Origin: Macrostomum lignano
Taxonomy: Eukaryota
Assembly: GCA_002269645.1 (NCBI GenBank)
Contig: NIVC01000168.1
Location: 537,297 to 601,296 of the forward strand
Direction of reading: 5' to 3'
DNA: 64,000 nt
Under the pieces are notes generated by a model. It saw only the letters and a program-made list of their open reading frames with translations, had not been told where the DNA came from and made no database searches. The translations under genes and the position numbers were made by a program. Of this stretch, positions 9,366 to 21,552 are shown piece by piece (the first letter of the stretch is position 1; the number at the start of each line of letters is the position of its first letter).

Positions 9366-11102
9366 TCAGGTATGCGGCAGCTGAGCAGCCACAGTCCGCT
9401 TGCCCACCCGGGCAGCAGCGTGGTTTGGCTGTGTGCCAAACTCTGCACAGACGCCCTTCTCCCATGGATCGACGCTAGGCATCAGCGGGGTCGCCTGCTC
9501 GAGGCCGATCGCTTCGACTCCATCTCCGCGGACGTCGCCGCCACCGCCATTGCCACCGCCGCTGCTACCGGCCCTGAACCCGTCAGTTCCTGGCGTCGGC
9601 GGTGCGACGGGTTGGAAGCTGAGGTACACGAATTCGATCATCTCAACCAGAAAGGCAGCGGTAAGGCCGATGCACAGGGAGCAGAGGCCGCCAATCCGAC
9701 TCAGCAAAATGTTGATGTCCAACGTCAACTTCTCAATCTTTTTGATGACGTCCCAATTTTTGCGTCGAATCTTGATGTAGGTGTAGGAGTTCTGCTGCGA
9801 CAAGCGGCTGTTGTAGGTCTTGGACTTGTATTGAGACACATTTTTGCGGAGGGTTTCCAGTAAATGGCGCGCTTCGTTGCTGTTCTGCGCTTTGTACTGG
9901 TCAGCCAGAGCCTCGATCTTGTTTGGCGACGGAATCCATTTGGTGATGGAGAGTGTCGATTCGTAGGTAAAGTATTTACACCTGGGAAAGCAGACCGAGG
10001 CTGATAAGTTAGCCTTGAGCTTTGCCTCATTCTCCAGGGTATGCAAAACGCAATCTAACTTCTTTGACAGCTTCTCGAGGTCTTCGTTGTCGGACGTATC
10101 GATGCAGTAGGGCACTGTCGGGCTCGGTACCTGGATCACCGGCCACAGGGAGTTGAGACAGCCGCACTGTTTCAGCAGGTACTGCTGCAGCTGAGCGTTG
10201 GCGCAGTGGTGGTAGTCGGAGAAGTACTCCCTGTCCAGATGCTTGATGTACGGCTGGTTGTCGCGGCACTCTTGTTTCGGGGTGCGCAGCTTCTGCCAGG
10301 CAGTGGTGGCGTAGTTCACCTCGTTCATTCGGCCCGGCTCCACGTTGAAGCCGCTCTGCGCAAAGTCTGGTATGACTCCTTGCTCGTGGACCGTGACCTT
10401 GACACCCTCGCCTTTATTTAGAACGTCATAAAGAAAGCTATGGTTCAGCTGCTCAAGATCCTGAGCTGGCACTAGAGACATGACCACAACGATGGACTCG
10501 AAATTTTGGCTATCCTTGCTGTCCACGGTGAAGCAGTTGAAGAACTCACTGTGCGAGAACAGATTCACTGTGAGATTTTCATAGATGCAGTTTTCAGCAA
10601 TAACCTGTTGACCGGGGGACATGACAATACAAAAGAACAAACTGCTCCTGTTGTGACTGATGGCCACGGTGTCATTGTAGCTCAGGTGCTGGTAGTACGT
10701 ATCGACGTTATCATAGGCGAACAACGAGGGCAATATGGTGTCGAGCAGGTCCTGGCTGATTGCCCGTTCAGAAATGTTGCGCAGCATTCGCTGGAACTTC
10801 ATCGGCGTGAGCACGGCGCCGCTCTCCCAGGCAGCCTTGGCGGCCTGGCTGAACGGATTGTGAGAGCAGAGCGTGAAAGAGGGGAATGACGGCTTGTTGT
10901 CAAACTCCGTCGTCGTGTGCCAGGCGGTGTCGTAGTTGAGGAAATCGCGCACAAGCAGCGCGGAGGTGATCACGAGCACGAGTGTCATCACAAGGACGAA
11001 GATTGTCCACAGCGAGCGGCTGAACATCGACCGGGCCTTGGTGATCTTCTGCATGCCCCTGATGGACGAGGCCTCGCAGAACATCGCCCAACGGGTAGAC
11101 AT
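9366..11102 (-). CDS. DEG/ENaC (amiloride-sensitive sodium channel, FaNaC/ASIC-superfamily) subunit, 578 aa, CDS in one exon
   Basis: Pre-TM1 motif FCEASSIRG, TM1 (LWTIFVLVMTLVLVITS), FPSFTLCSHNP, FFNCFT, GVKVTVHEQG..P, Cys-rich thumb (HCANAQ..CGC..YC..C..C.P.C), TM2 LLSRIGGLCSLCIGLTAAFLVEMIEF. Confidence 0.95.
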   Translation of the reverse strand: MSTRWAMFCEASSIRGMQKITKARSMFSRSLWTIFVLVMTLVLVITSALLVRDFLNYDTAWHTTTEFDNKPSFPSFTLCSHNPFSQAAKAAWESGAVLTPMKFQRMLRNISERAISQDLLDTILPSLFAYDNVDTYYQHLSYNDTVAISHNRSSLFFCIVMSPGQQVIAENCIYENLTVNLFSHSEFFNCFTVDSKDSQNFESIVVVMSLVPAQDLEQLNHSFLYDVLNKGEGVKVTVHEQGVIPDFAQSGFNVEPGRMNEVNYATTAWQKLRTPKQECRDNQPYIKHLDREYFSDYHHCANAQLQQYLLKQCGCLNSLWPVIQVPSPTVPYCIDTSDNEDLEKLSKKLDCVLHTLENEAKLKANLSASVCFPRCKYFTYESTLSITKWIPSPNKIEALADQYKAQNSNEARHLLETLRKNVSQYKSKTYNSRLSQQNSYTYIKIRRKNWDVIKKIEKLTLDINILLSRIGGLCSLCIGLTAAFLVEMIEFVYLSFQPVAPPTPGTDGFRAGSSGGGNGGGGDVRGDGVEAIGLEQATPLMPSVDPWEKGVCAEFGTQPNHAAARVGKRTVAAQLPHT

Positions 11103-11176
11103 CTTGCGGAGCAGGCGTCGACACCGGAGTCTGGGTCTGGCTGAGGAGCGGCCGTCACTGCTGGCTGCGGCGTCTG

Positions 11177-11205
11177 CTGCGGAGGTGAAAGAGGATAAAT
11201 TAGCG
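11177..11205 (-). promoter_or_regulatory. Strong 3' splice acceptor (branch CTAAT + polypyrimidine + GCAG) about 75 nt upstream of the DEG/ENaC ATG
   Basis: Minus strand reads CTAATTTATCCTCTTTCACCTCCGCAG|CAG. Confidence 0.55.
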
Positions 11206-12147
11206 ACCAGGGGAAATTAGGCGGCTTAGATTGGCTTGGCGTTCTCTTCTGCCCCAGAAGAAGCCAGTGAGAGTGTCGAATTAAAAAGCAGAACTGACAA
11301 GAGCTGGCGAGCTCGCCATCCAAGCGGCTTTCATTGGCCGCTCCCGCCCATGTATCTGTCGTGCAGGGATTGGCCCCTGGGGCCTCTGCTTGGCAACACT
11401 TGGAATTCCGTCAGTGAATTTTCTTTCATTTCCTGTCTTCCTCTCCAAGTTCGGGAGGAGAGGCGAGCGATTTCTCACATAATCATTTCGCCTCTTTCGA
11501 TTTTCTCGACGCAGGGAAAGTCAAATATAGATTTTTTGGATATTGTTTTTCACTACGCCAGTAGAAAATATTCCATGAAAAAGCCTTCGCGGCACAGGTT
11601 ACTGTAACTAGCAGCTATCGCGGCAGCGGCTGCGGAGGCTGCGACTCCGAGCCCAGAGTAAATAATTGGCTTGCCAACAAAAAGGTCGAATTTGCTCAGC
11701 GCTAGCGGGGAAAAGTTTCCAGATTGCTCAAGCTCAGGGAAGATGCTTAGATGGAATTATAACTGTACTGAACTTGCTCTGGAATTTCGCTCATAGGAAG
11801 CACAGAGCCGAGTTGGGAGCAAACTATTGTCACAGGGAAATTGCCAAAACCGACTGGAGCTTCTATGTAGGTGGCTTAGAAAGCTGCTCAAAAGCAGCTC
11901 AGCTTCATCGAGAGCTGTTGGGTGCCCGTAGCCAGCCGATGTGATTGGCTAATTAAAGTTGACAGGAGAGACGCTATCGATGGGGGAGACAGGCGGAACA
12001 GGGCAGAGTCCGGGGCAGAGGACTCAGTGTAGAGAGAATTCAGTCTTCAGCAGACTGTCGTGACAAAACATAATGCATCCATAGTGAGCTCAACAGCCTT
12101 GCACTTTGCTGAGGCAAGTGCGCTCCGAATAAAGCATGCACTGTGAT

Positions 12148-12915
12148 CCAACACCTCGGTCTCACTGCCTAACACCCCGGTCTCACTGTCTAACACCCCG
12201 GTCTCACTGTCTAACACCCCGGTCTCACTGTCTAACACCCCGGTCTCACTGTCTAACACCCCGGTCTCACTGTCTAACACCCCGGTCTCACTGTCTAACA
12301 CCCCGGTCTCACTGTCTAACACCCCGGTCTCACTGTCTAAAACCTCGGTTTCACTGTCTAACACCTCGGTCTCACTGTCTAAAACCTCGGTCTCACTGTC
12401 TAACACCTCGGTCTCACAGCTGTCTAACACCCCGGTCTCACTGTCTAACACCCAATCTCATTGTCTAACACCCAATCTCACTGTCTAACACCCAATCTCA
12501 CTGTCTAACACCCAATATCACTGTCTAACACCCAATCTCACTGTCCAACACCCAATCTCACTGTCTAACACTCAATCTCACTGTCTAACACCCAATCTCA
12601 CTGTCCAACACCCAATCTCACTGTCTAAGACCTAATCTCACTGTCTAACACTTAATCTCACTGTCTAACACCCGATCTCACTGTCTAACACTCAATCTCA
12701 CTGTCTAACACCCAATCTCACTGTCTAACACCCAATCTTACTGTCTAACACCCAATCTCACTGTCTAACACCCAATCTCACTGTCTAACACTCAATCTCA
12801 CTGTCTAACACCCAATCTCACTGTCTAACACCCAATCTTACTGTCTAACACCCAATCTCACTGTCTAACACCCAATCTCACTGTCTAACACCCAATCTCA
12901 CTGTCTAACACCCGC
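12148..12915. repeat. Minisatellite, 21-bp unit (ACACCCCGGTCTCACTGTCTA) switching to 20-bp unit (ACACCCAATCTCACTGTCTA)
   Basis: Direct reading; the 7-aa periodic ORFs here are artefacts. Confidence 0.92.
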
Positions 12916-14602
12916 TTACCAATTATCAAATAGAAATATTTCACCCAGAGTAGCGAGAATACGCGAACTACAGACGTATTTTTGATGCATAACTCAATGC
13001 TGTTAGTTTGGCGGCTTGCTTTGAACAGAAATATTGAAAAATCGTGTGCCAATTTTTTTTCAATAAAGATTGAAAAGCCGAAAACCTACTAAAAAGGAAA
13101 GATTAACCAAGTAATTTTGCAAAAAACAATCCTGCAACAAAAAATCATTCTGGGCGAAATGAATTTGGCTGGAAATCAATTTTGTTTTAAACGAAAAAGC
13201 AACTCATTACGTCGAGTGCTCAGCCTGGGCCACCCGGATACTCTGGCCGATCTCAACCCAGCAATGATTTGCACGCGGTAGCAACTTTCTTCAGTAACAA
13301 AAGCTGTCTTGGCAAACCGGGGCTCAAGCCTGTGAGAGCTGAGCTCCGCTGAGCAGCAAAGGCCGCCCGGCCCGAACTCCATTCCGAGCTCAGCTTCCCA
13401 GCCCCTCCATCTCCTCGGCAGCCTTAACTGGGGATCTGGCAGGGCCTGGCGATGCCTACCCCCCCCCTCCACCCCAGCGACCACCCCGAGTCTGGGGGTC
13501 ATCAATAATTAAAAGACTAGCGGTTTGGGCAGCAAATTTGCGTCTTGATTGCTTCTGCCCCGGAGCTTCTACAGTTTCTTTCGCGGGCGGCTGCCCGACT
13601 CCAGAATAACACATGGGAAGACACTAATACGGCTGCTCGCTGTCACAGTTGCGATTAAAACTTTATGATTGCGGCAAGATTTTAATCGCAGTCATGGAAT
13701 CGCAAGGAAAACTGGTGAGGCGGCTGAAGGGCAGCACTCTAGCAGTGGCTCTAGCAGTGGAAATATCAGTACGGGACCCTTTAATCCCTTCAATTCACCA
13801 GTTGCATGGCCTGTTGACCCCGCCAGGGAGATGGCACCCCGAATCGGCTGGGGAAAGTACATGGTAACCGTTTTACAGAATAAGCTCTGGCGCCGCTGCT
13901 CACCTTTTACAGGACCCCTTCTATTCACTCTTCCTCAAAAGCAATGGCATGAAAAAGGTCAAAAGTTAATACAAAAATTCGAGGTTGAACATGAATAAGA
14001 TGCTTGCTAAAAAGTCCATTAATAGTCCGGTAATTGGCGTTCAAAAAGTAATTTGGCATCAATTTGAAACAGATAACGGGACCCAAGTGACTGAAGCTGG
14101 TAAGGCGTCTGCTCAGAAGAACACTGAACTGTAGATACACATTACACATCAATAAAAGGCCCAGAAAAACACTGCCCGGGCCTGCAATTGGTGCTCAGCA
14201 AAAAGTGCAGCAATCCTTCTCTCTATTCTTCATTTTATTTGGCTTTGGCCCCATGCGGCTATCCGCGCCACGACTCGCCCCATCCGGGTCTACTTGAGAT
14301 TCCAATATCCGGTTGATGGTGCCGCCCCTCCCTTAGTTCTTTCATCCCGCCGAGGCAGCTGCGGGGCGTGAGCTGCTGTTAATCACCCAGTGAGCATTGA
14401 GCTGGGAGCTGCTGGCATGCCTCTGATTGTTCGCACAGGCTACTGGTGTTCGCTGAATGGCTGCCAGTTGGCTCTAATTTTGGGCCTGCAGTCAGGCTTT
14501 CCAGGCTAAAATATACCTCAGCACTAAAAAACGGTTGCAACTGTTGGATTCATAGTCGTTGGATTCAGAGATAATCATAGTTCGTTGATTTTATGCCTCC
14601 AA

Positions 14603-16840
14603 CTAGCAGAACTTGTTAAGCTACAGAATGTCGGGAGTCAAGAGACAGGAGTGACTCTAGCTAGCAGTGTGCGAACTTGGTGAGCTACAGAATGTCGGGA
14701 GTCAAGAGACAGGAGTGACTCTAGCTAGCAGTATGCGAACTTGGTGAGCTACAGAATGTCGGGAGTCAAGAGACAGGAGTGACTCTAGCTAGCAGTATGC
14801 GAACTTGGTGAGCTACAGAATGTCGGGAGTCAAGAGACAGGAGTGACTCTAGCTAGCAGTGTGCGAACTTGGTGAGCTACAGAATGTCGGGAGTCAAGAG
14901 ACAGGAGTGACTCTAGCTAGCAGTGTGCGAACTTGGTGAGCTACAGAATGTCGGGAGTCAAGAGACAGGAGTGACTCTAGCTAGCAGTATGCGAACTTGG
15001 TGAGCTACAGAATGTCGGGAGTCAAGAGACAGGAGTGACTCTAGCTAGCAGTGTGCGAACTTGGTGAGCTACAGAATGTCGGGAGTCAAGAGACAGGAGT
15101 GACTCTAGCTAGCAGTGTGCGAACTTGGTGAGCTACAGAATGTCGGGAGTCAAGAGACAGGAGTGACTCTAGCTAGCAGTATGCGAACTTGGTGAGCTAC
15201 AGAATGTCGGGAGTCAAGAGACAGGAGTGACTCTAGCTAGCAGTGTGCGAACTTGGTGAGCTACAGAATGTCGGGAGTCAAGAGACAGGAGTGACTCTAG
15301 CTAGCAGTGTGCGAACTTGGTGAGCTACAGAATGTCGGGAGTCAAGAGACAGGAGTGACTCTAGCTAGCACTATGCGAACTTGATGAGCTACAGAATGTC
15401 GGGAGTCAAGAGACAGGAGTGACTCTAGCTAGCAGTGTGCGAACTTGGTGAGCTACAGAATGTCGGGAGTCAAGAGACAGGAGTGACTCTAGCTAGCAGT
15501 GTGCGAACTTGGTGAGCTACAGAATGTCGGGAGTCAAGAGACAGGAGTGACTCTAGCTAGCACTATGCGAACTTGGTGAGCTACAGAATGTCGGGAGTCA
15601 AGAGACAGGAGTGACTCTAGCTAGCAGAATGCGAACTTGGTGAGCTACAGAATGTCGGGAGTCAAGAGACAGGAGTGACTCTAGCTAGCACTATGCGAAC
15701 TTGGTGAGCTACAGAATGTCGGGAGTCAAGAGACAGGAGTGACTCTAGCTAGCACTATGCGAACTTGATGAGCTACAGAATGTCGGGAGTCAAGAGACAG
15801 GAGTGACTCTAGCTAGCACTATGCGAACTTGATGAGCTACAGAATGTCGGGAGTCAAGAGACAGGAGTGACTCTAGCTAGCAGAATGCGAACTTGGTGAG
15901 CTACAGAATGTCGGGAGTCAAGAGACAGGAGTGACTCTAGCTAGCACTATGCGAACTTGGTGAGCTACAGAATGTCGGGAGTCAAGAGACAGGAGTGACT
16001 CTAGCTAGCAGTGTGCGAACTTGATGAGCTACAGAATGTCGGGAGTCAAGAGACAGGAGTGACTCTAGCTAGCACTATGCGAACTTGATGAGCTACAGAA
16101 TGTCGGGAGTCAAGAGACAGGAGTGACTCTAGCTAGCAGTATGCGAACTTGGTGAGCTACAGAATGTCGGGAGTCAAGAGACAGGAGTGACTCTAGCTAG
16201 CACTATGCGAACTTGGTGAGCTACAGAATGTCGGGAGTCAAGAGACAGGAGTGACTCTAGCTAGCAGTGTGCGAACTTGGTGAGCTACAGAATGTCGGGA
16301 GTCAAGAGACAGGAGTGACTCTAGCTAGCAGTGTGCGAACTTGGTGAGCTACAGAATGTCGGGAGTCAAGAGACAGGAGTGACTCTAGCTAGCAGTATGC
16401 GAACTTGGTGAGCTACAGAATGTCGGGAGTCAAGAGACAGGAGTGACTCTAGCTAGCAGTATGCGAACTTGGTGAGCTACAGAATGTCGGGAGTCAAGAG
16501 ACAGGAGTGACTCTAGCTAGCAGTGTGCGAACTTGGTGAGCTACAGAATGTCGGGAGTCAAGAGACAGGAGTGACTCTAGCTAGCACTATGCGAACTTGG
16601 TGAGCTACAGAATGTCGGGAGTCAAGAGACAGGAGTGACTCTAGCTAGCAGTGTGCGAACTTGGTGAGCTACAGAATGTCGGGAGTCAAGAGACAGGAGT
16701 GACTCTAGCTAGCAGTGTGCGAACTTGGTGAGCTACAGAATGTCGGGAGTCAAGAGACAGGAGTGACTCTAGCTAGCAGTGTGCGAACTTGGTGAGCTAC
16801 AGAATGTCGGGAGTCAAGAGACAGGAGTGACTCTAGCTAG
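14603..16840. repeat. 64-bp minisatellite, about 35 copies
   Basis: Unit GAACTTGGTGAGCTACAGAATGTCGGGAGTCAAGAGACAGGAGTGACTCTAGCTAGCAGTGTGC, period 64 (14641 to 14705). Confidence 0.95.
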
Positions 16841-18769
16841 AATGCAAACATAGTGAGCGACAGGAGCCAAGACTAAGTTTTAAGAACTGCATCTTAGGAA
16901 TGAAGGTTGGCTCTAACAGTGCTTAGGCAGTAGTTAAGGAGTCTTAGAAGTTCACTTTTCTTGATGGCAATCCTAGTGATATGAGGAAGGTTTGTGCTGC
17001 TGCGTGTTAAATGAACACACAGAGTTGAAAGACACTGGGCAGAGATATTCATTCCGCATCTGTCGAAAGCAAGACTATCTTTAATTTACGATTTTTATCT
17101 TGTTGAAGATCCCGGGGGTTTTCAGGTCGTTGATGTAGGCGTTGACGCGGAAACGAATTTGGCTGACCGGTCGGTGACTTAAGTGCGGAGTAACTAGGAG
17201 AAAAATTCGCAAAAAGTGTGCCAGCAAATCTGGCAGCGATTGCAGCCGGTGAATGATGATTTAACTGTCATAAAAGAGGTTCATTTTCCCGAATCACCGT
17301 TTCAAGACGGATAGCCGTACTGTCCGTTGCCGCGAGAGAAAGGACACAACGCGGGGCTTATTACGGCTGAGGCAAAAAATCATACCCAACGGCTTTGCTG
17401 GCTGAAATTTTATAAAAAGATTTCCATAGCACCGGCCCGCACTGTGGGGTCGGTGATTGCCGATCTGCAGCAATCTGAAGGCCCAGCCCGCAGGGACAGT
17501 GTAGCGCAGGGCATAAACACTGCACAATCAAGTCAGATGCGCTGACGAAGGAGAAACTCTGGACACTAAAAATGAATCGAGAATGGAGGCTGTATGGCAA
17601 GGCTGCCCCCTGCGCATGTGGGCGAAACACAGGCTAACCATGAGGCACGCAATGGCCGCCATGCGGTAGACAGCTGAGCCGTTTAAAGACGGTTGGCATG
17701 AAACTGTTTTTAAAGAAATCAATTTCACTCGGAATGTCCCAGATGTCTGCGCTAACACCGGTTCTTCCATGTCAAACCATACCCCTAGTTTAGTCCAGCC
17801 CACTACCAAATCAACGAAAGAATCGGAGAGCCAGCGACCGACTCCAAGAGAAGAGAAGCGATTGAGACAGCAAGAAAACACGAAAAACAGATGCTCAAAT
17901 TTCGCTTTGAAGTGCGGCCCGTCTGCGAAGAAAGAGAAGGAGAAAAATAAACGGAGGAAAGCCGGGTAAGGAAACAGACGGCCGCTGCTCTCTCACAGTC
18001 CAGCCAGCTGTGCCGGGCAGCAGGGCTGTGTATTGCTGCTGCTGCCCACCCCGAACCCAAATAGAGGAGGCGCTCCGCTCTCAGCCTGCTGCATGAATTG
18101 CAGCGCCGCATGCATCTGGCCGGCTCTGCCCGCCTCACTCCCTTGATTTCTAGAGAGACTTCTCCTTTCCACTGAGCTGGGACACTGCAGCACAGAGCAG
18201 CAGCAGCAGAGGCGGAGCATATCCCGCAGCTGTTGCTTCTATCTTAACGAGTGGAAGTGCTGAGTCGCCGCTAAATTTCGAGGGGCTCTAAAAGGGTGCT
18301 CGTTAAAATCGAGATTGATAGACAGAATTCCAGTCTTTAATCCTGTCTTTGTAGAGACAAAGAACAACCGAGTGCCATAAAGTAGCCTCCTACCGACTTA
18401 AAAAAGGAGCTTTGAATAATTGAACAGGACTAGAATGAATCCAGAGAAAGGCTGAGTGTGGTCCTTGGCCAAGAAAATTGGAATTGGTAAACGGTCCATG
18501 ACGTTTTGAGCAAACAGAAATCTCGTATTGCCTGTGTAATTAATGAAGAGAAAACTCTGACTATCTTGACTAGAAAGTGCACAGAAAATACTCATAATTA
18601 GCTCATTTTTCAGTGATTTGCTCACAACGCCAGGCTCTAGGCAGCGGTAGATGAATTCTACCGTCCGAAATCCCATGGCAGGAGACACGAAATTCGCATA
18701 CTTCGGTTCTATGGCTGGAGATGAGAGATTTGAGCAGTGAGAGTAGAGCACACGTGGTGTGGATAGAGC

Positions 18770-18930
18770 AGGTGTGGACTGCTCGGCAGAGAAAAGGAGT
18801 GGGGTGGAGCGGGGGAGTGTGTGATTGAGTGGGGAGTGTGGGGTAGAGCTGGAGAGTGTGGGGTAGAGCAGAGAATGTGGGGCAGAGCGGGGAGCGTGGG
18901 GTAGAGCTGAGGAGTGTGGGGTAGAACAGT
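18770..18930. repeat. G-rich degenerate repeat (GTGGGGTAGAGC-like)
   Basis: Direct reading. Confidence 0.6.
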
Positions 18931-19020
18931 GACGCCGTGGGAGGCAAGCTGCTGTAAAATCAGCCAGGCAACCATCAAAGGAACAGAAAAGACAGGTATT
19001 TTATAAAGAAAACTTTTTGT

Positions 19021-19380
19021 CAACCTATCACCCTGTCTATTAACCTGTCCATCAACCTGTATATCACCCTGTCTATTAACCTGTCCATCAACCTTTGTAT
19101 ATCAACCTGTCTATCAACCTGTCTACTAACCTGTCCATCAACCTGTCTACTAACCTGTCTTTTAACCTGTCCATCAACCTGTCTATCACCCTGTCTATTA
19201 ACCTGTCCATCAACCTTTGTATATCAACCTGTCTACTAACCTGTCTATTAACCTGTCCATCTACCTGTCTATCAACCTGTCTATCACCCTGTCTATCAAC
19301 CTGTCCATCAACCTGTCTATCACCCTGTCTATCAACCTGTCCATCAAACTGTCCATCAACCTGTCTATCACTGTCTAACT
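19021..19380. repeat. 12-bp degenerate tandem repeat (ATCAACCTGTCT)
   Basis: Direct reading. Confidence 0.85.
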
Positions 19381-20040
19381 ATTTATCTGTATCTAGAGTG
19401 CTATCAATATCCCAAACCCTGATGAAGCTTCCAGCTGCACATACCAGTGTGAGGGTCCGTTGACATGCCACAGCAGATCACAGCAGTCCAACTGCTTTAT
19501 TACCAGATCCAAACGAAAAAAAAGTTCAAGGTTCAGAAGTTCGGTGCAGCCTCTGAACCCAAGTCAATTTACGCGAATCAAAAAAAGTTATAACGAGGAT
19601 AAAAAGAAGCTGCGCGGTCCTCTCTGGAGGGTGAAAATGGAGACTCTTTTTCTCCCGTTTCTTCCTTTGCGGCCCCTCCATCCCCAGAGTCGCCAGCCAA
19701 TCACTTGGCCGCGGCACAAGTTCGACAGAGAGAGGGACGTCTGACCCGGCATCGATAAAACTCCTTGTGCGCCTTCTCCCGCTTTTAACCAATTCTAAAC
19801 TGCGCTGGCTCTGCATCTTATCCCTCGAGCTTCTTCCCCTAGCCGTGTGTGAACGGATCAAGTTTTGACCTTTATGGGCTGCGAAGAATCTGCACGACAC
19901 AGAATTCCCGGAAATAACTTTGCCGGTTATTTTTTTCATGAAATTTCATACTTGCAGACTAAGTCAGCCAAGAGGGAGGCGGAAGTTCTGGAGGCGAGGA
20001 TGTCAAATAATCGATTTAGAAAAGCAATGTTTCCTGACGC

Positions 20041-20600
20041 ACATGCAGTTTGAGTCATAGGCAGTCTGGCTCACATGCAGTTTGAGCCATAGGCAGTCTG
20101 GCTCACATGCAGTTTGAGTCATAGGCAGTCTGGCTCACATGCAGTTTGAGTCATAGGCAGTCTGGCTCACATGCAGTTTGAGTCATAGGCAGTCTGGCTC
20201 ACATGCAGTTTGAGTCATAGGCAGTCTGGCTCACATTCAGTTTGAGTCATAGGCAGTCTGGCTCACATGCAGTTTGAGTCATAGGCAGTCTGGCTCACAT
20301 GCAGTTTGAGTCATAGGCAGTCTGGCTCACATTCAGTTTGAGTCATAGGCAGTCTGGCTCACATGCAGTTTGAGTCATAGGCAGTCTGGCTCACATGCAG
20401 TTTGAGTCATAGGCAGTCTAGCTCACATGCAGTTTGAGTCATAGGCAGTCCGGCTCACATGCAGTTTGAGTCATAGGCAGTCTGGCTCACATGCAGTTTG
20501 AGTCATAGGCAGTCTGGCTCACATGCAGTTTGAGTCATAGGCAGTCCGGCTCACATGCAGTTTGATTCAGAAATAGTCTAGATCACATGCATTTTGAGTC
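20041..20600. repeat. 32-bp minisatellite (ACATGCAGTTTGAGTCATAGGCAGTCTGGCTC), about 17 copies
   Basis: Period 32 (20041 to 20073). Confidence 0.92.
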
Positions 20601-21552
20601 ACGACATCCTATATTTCAGAGTCAGAGGGCAATAAAAAATTCTCACGAAAAATTTCCAACCAAAATTCGCAGTTCAAATATAATCCGATATTCTTGGCGA
20701 GGCTCAGATGACTCAGAGAGCAAATTGACTGTTGCGCTTTCATAATTTCCTGTTGTTGATTCTATCGGTCTGCAGCGCTGTCGCCTCTGCGCTGCAAAAC
20801 AAAATACTTCCTTAGTGAGACTTTTTTTCCGCATTTCGCCCGGTGCAGCTGTGTAAGGTTCACAATCTCATAGATTTCCCTACCCAAGGAAAGGGTGCTT
20901 CCTGCTTCACTCCGTCATTCATTGAGCCATCAAACGATACAACTGATGTGCAAAGTGACATGCAAATCAAATGTCTCATAGGACTTTTCATTGCATACAG
21001 AAAATAAAGGGTCATTGATGGATCATGGGCGAGTTGAGGTTTAGTTTGCAGGACAAAATTTTGAAGAGCCCAAGTCCAGGTCCAAGTCGGAAACGGGATC
21101 CAGTCCGGGTCTTAATGGGCGATGTGCATCAAGTTGAGTGCGATGGTGCGATGTGCATTCAGTATTTTGCAAGTGAGCTCCTGCTAAATCCTTGTAGACC
21201 CAGCTGCAGTCATGCCGCAGTCCCCAGCACTCAGTTTCGTGTGACAGCTCAATTGGGCTAATCTGCTGCTCTCATATCGATGATGTCCAGTTCTGAGGGG
21301 GCAACCAAAGCTCAGAGCCCCTGTTTGTCATTCACAGTCACGCTGGGAGCAAGTGAAGGAGGGACAGCTGAAGTCTCTGTGATTGATAATCTCGGGGAAT
21401 GAGACAGCTGCTCACGGACTGACAGATGGGACGGGCTCGGGTTCGAGTGCGCAAGAGACTGGTTTGAGAAGATTTTGGGAAGCATTTGGTTGAGAGAGTA
21501 GCTATTTCTTGGTACTCTTAAAGACACTGAGACATGGGAGACAGTAAGACAG

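Noticed and set aside
14603-16840. Regular 64-bp periodicity resembling a CRISPR array
   Set aside because: No unique spacers (units nearly identical), no cas genes, and a eukaryotic context.
17290-20050. Several 60-140-aa ORFs between arrays
   Set aside because: No family motifs and no phase-consistent exon chain could be built.
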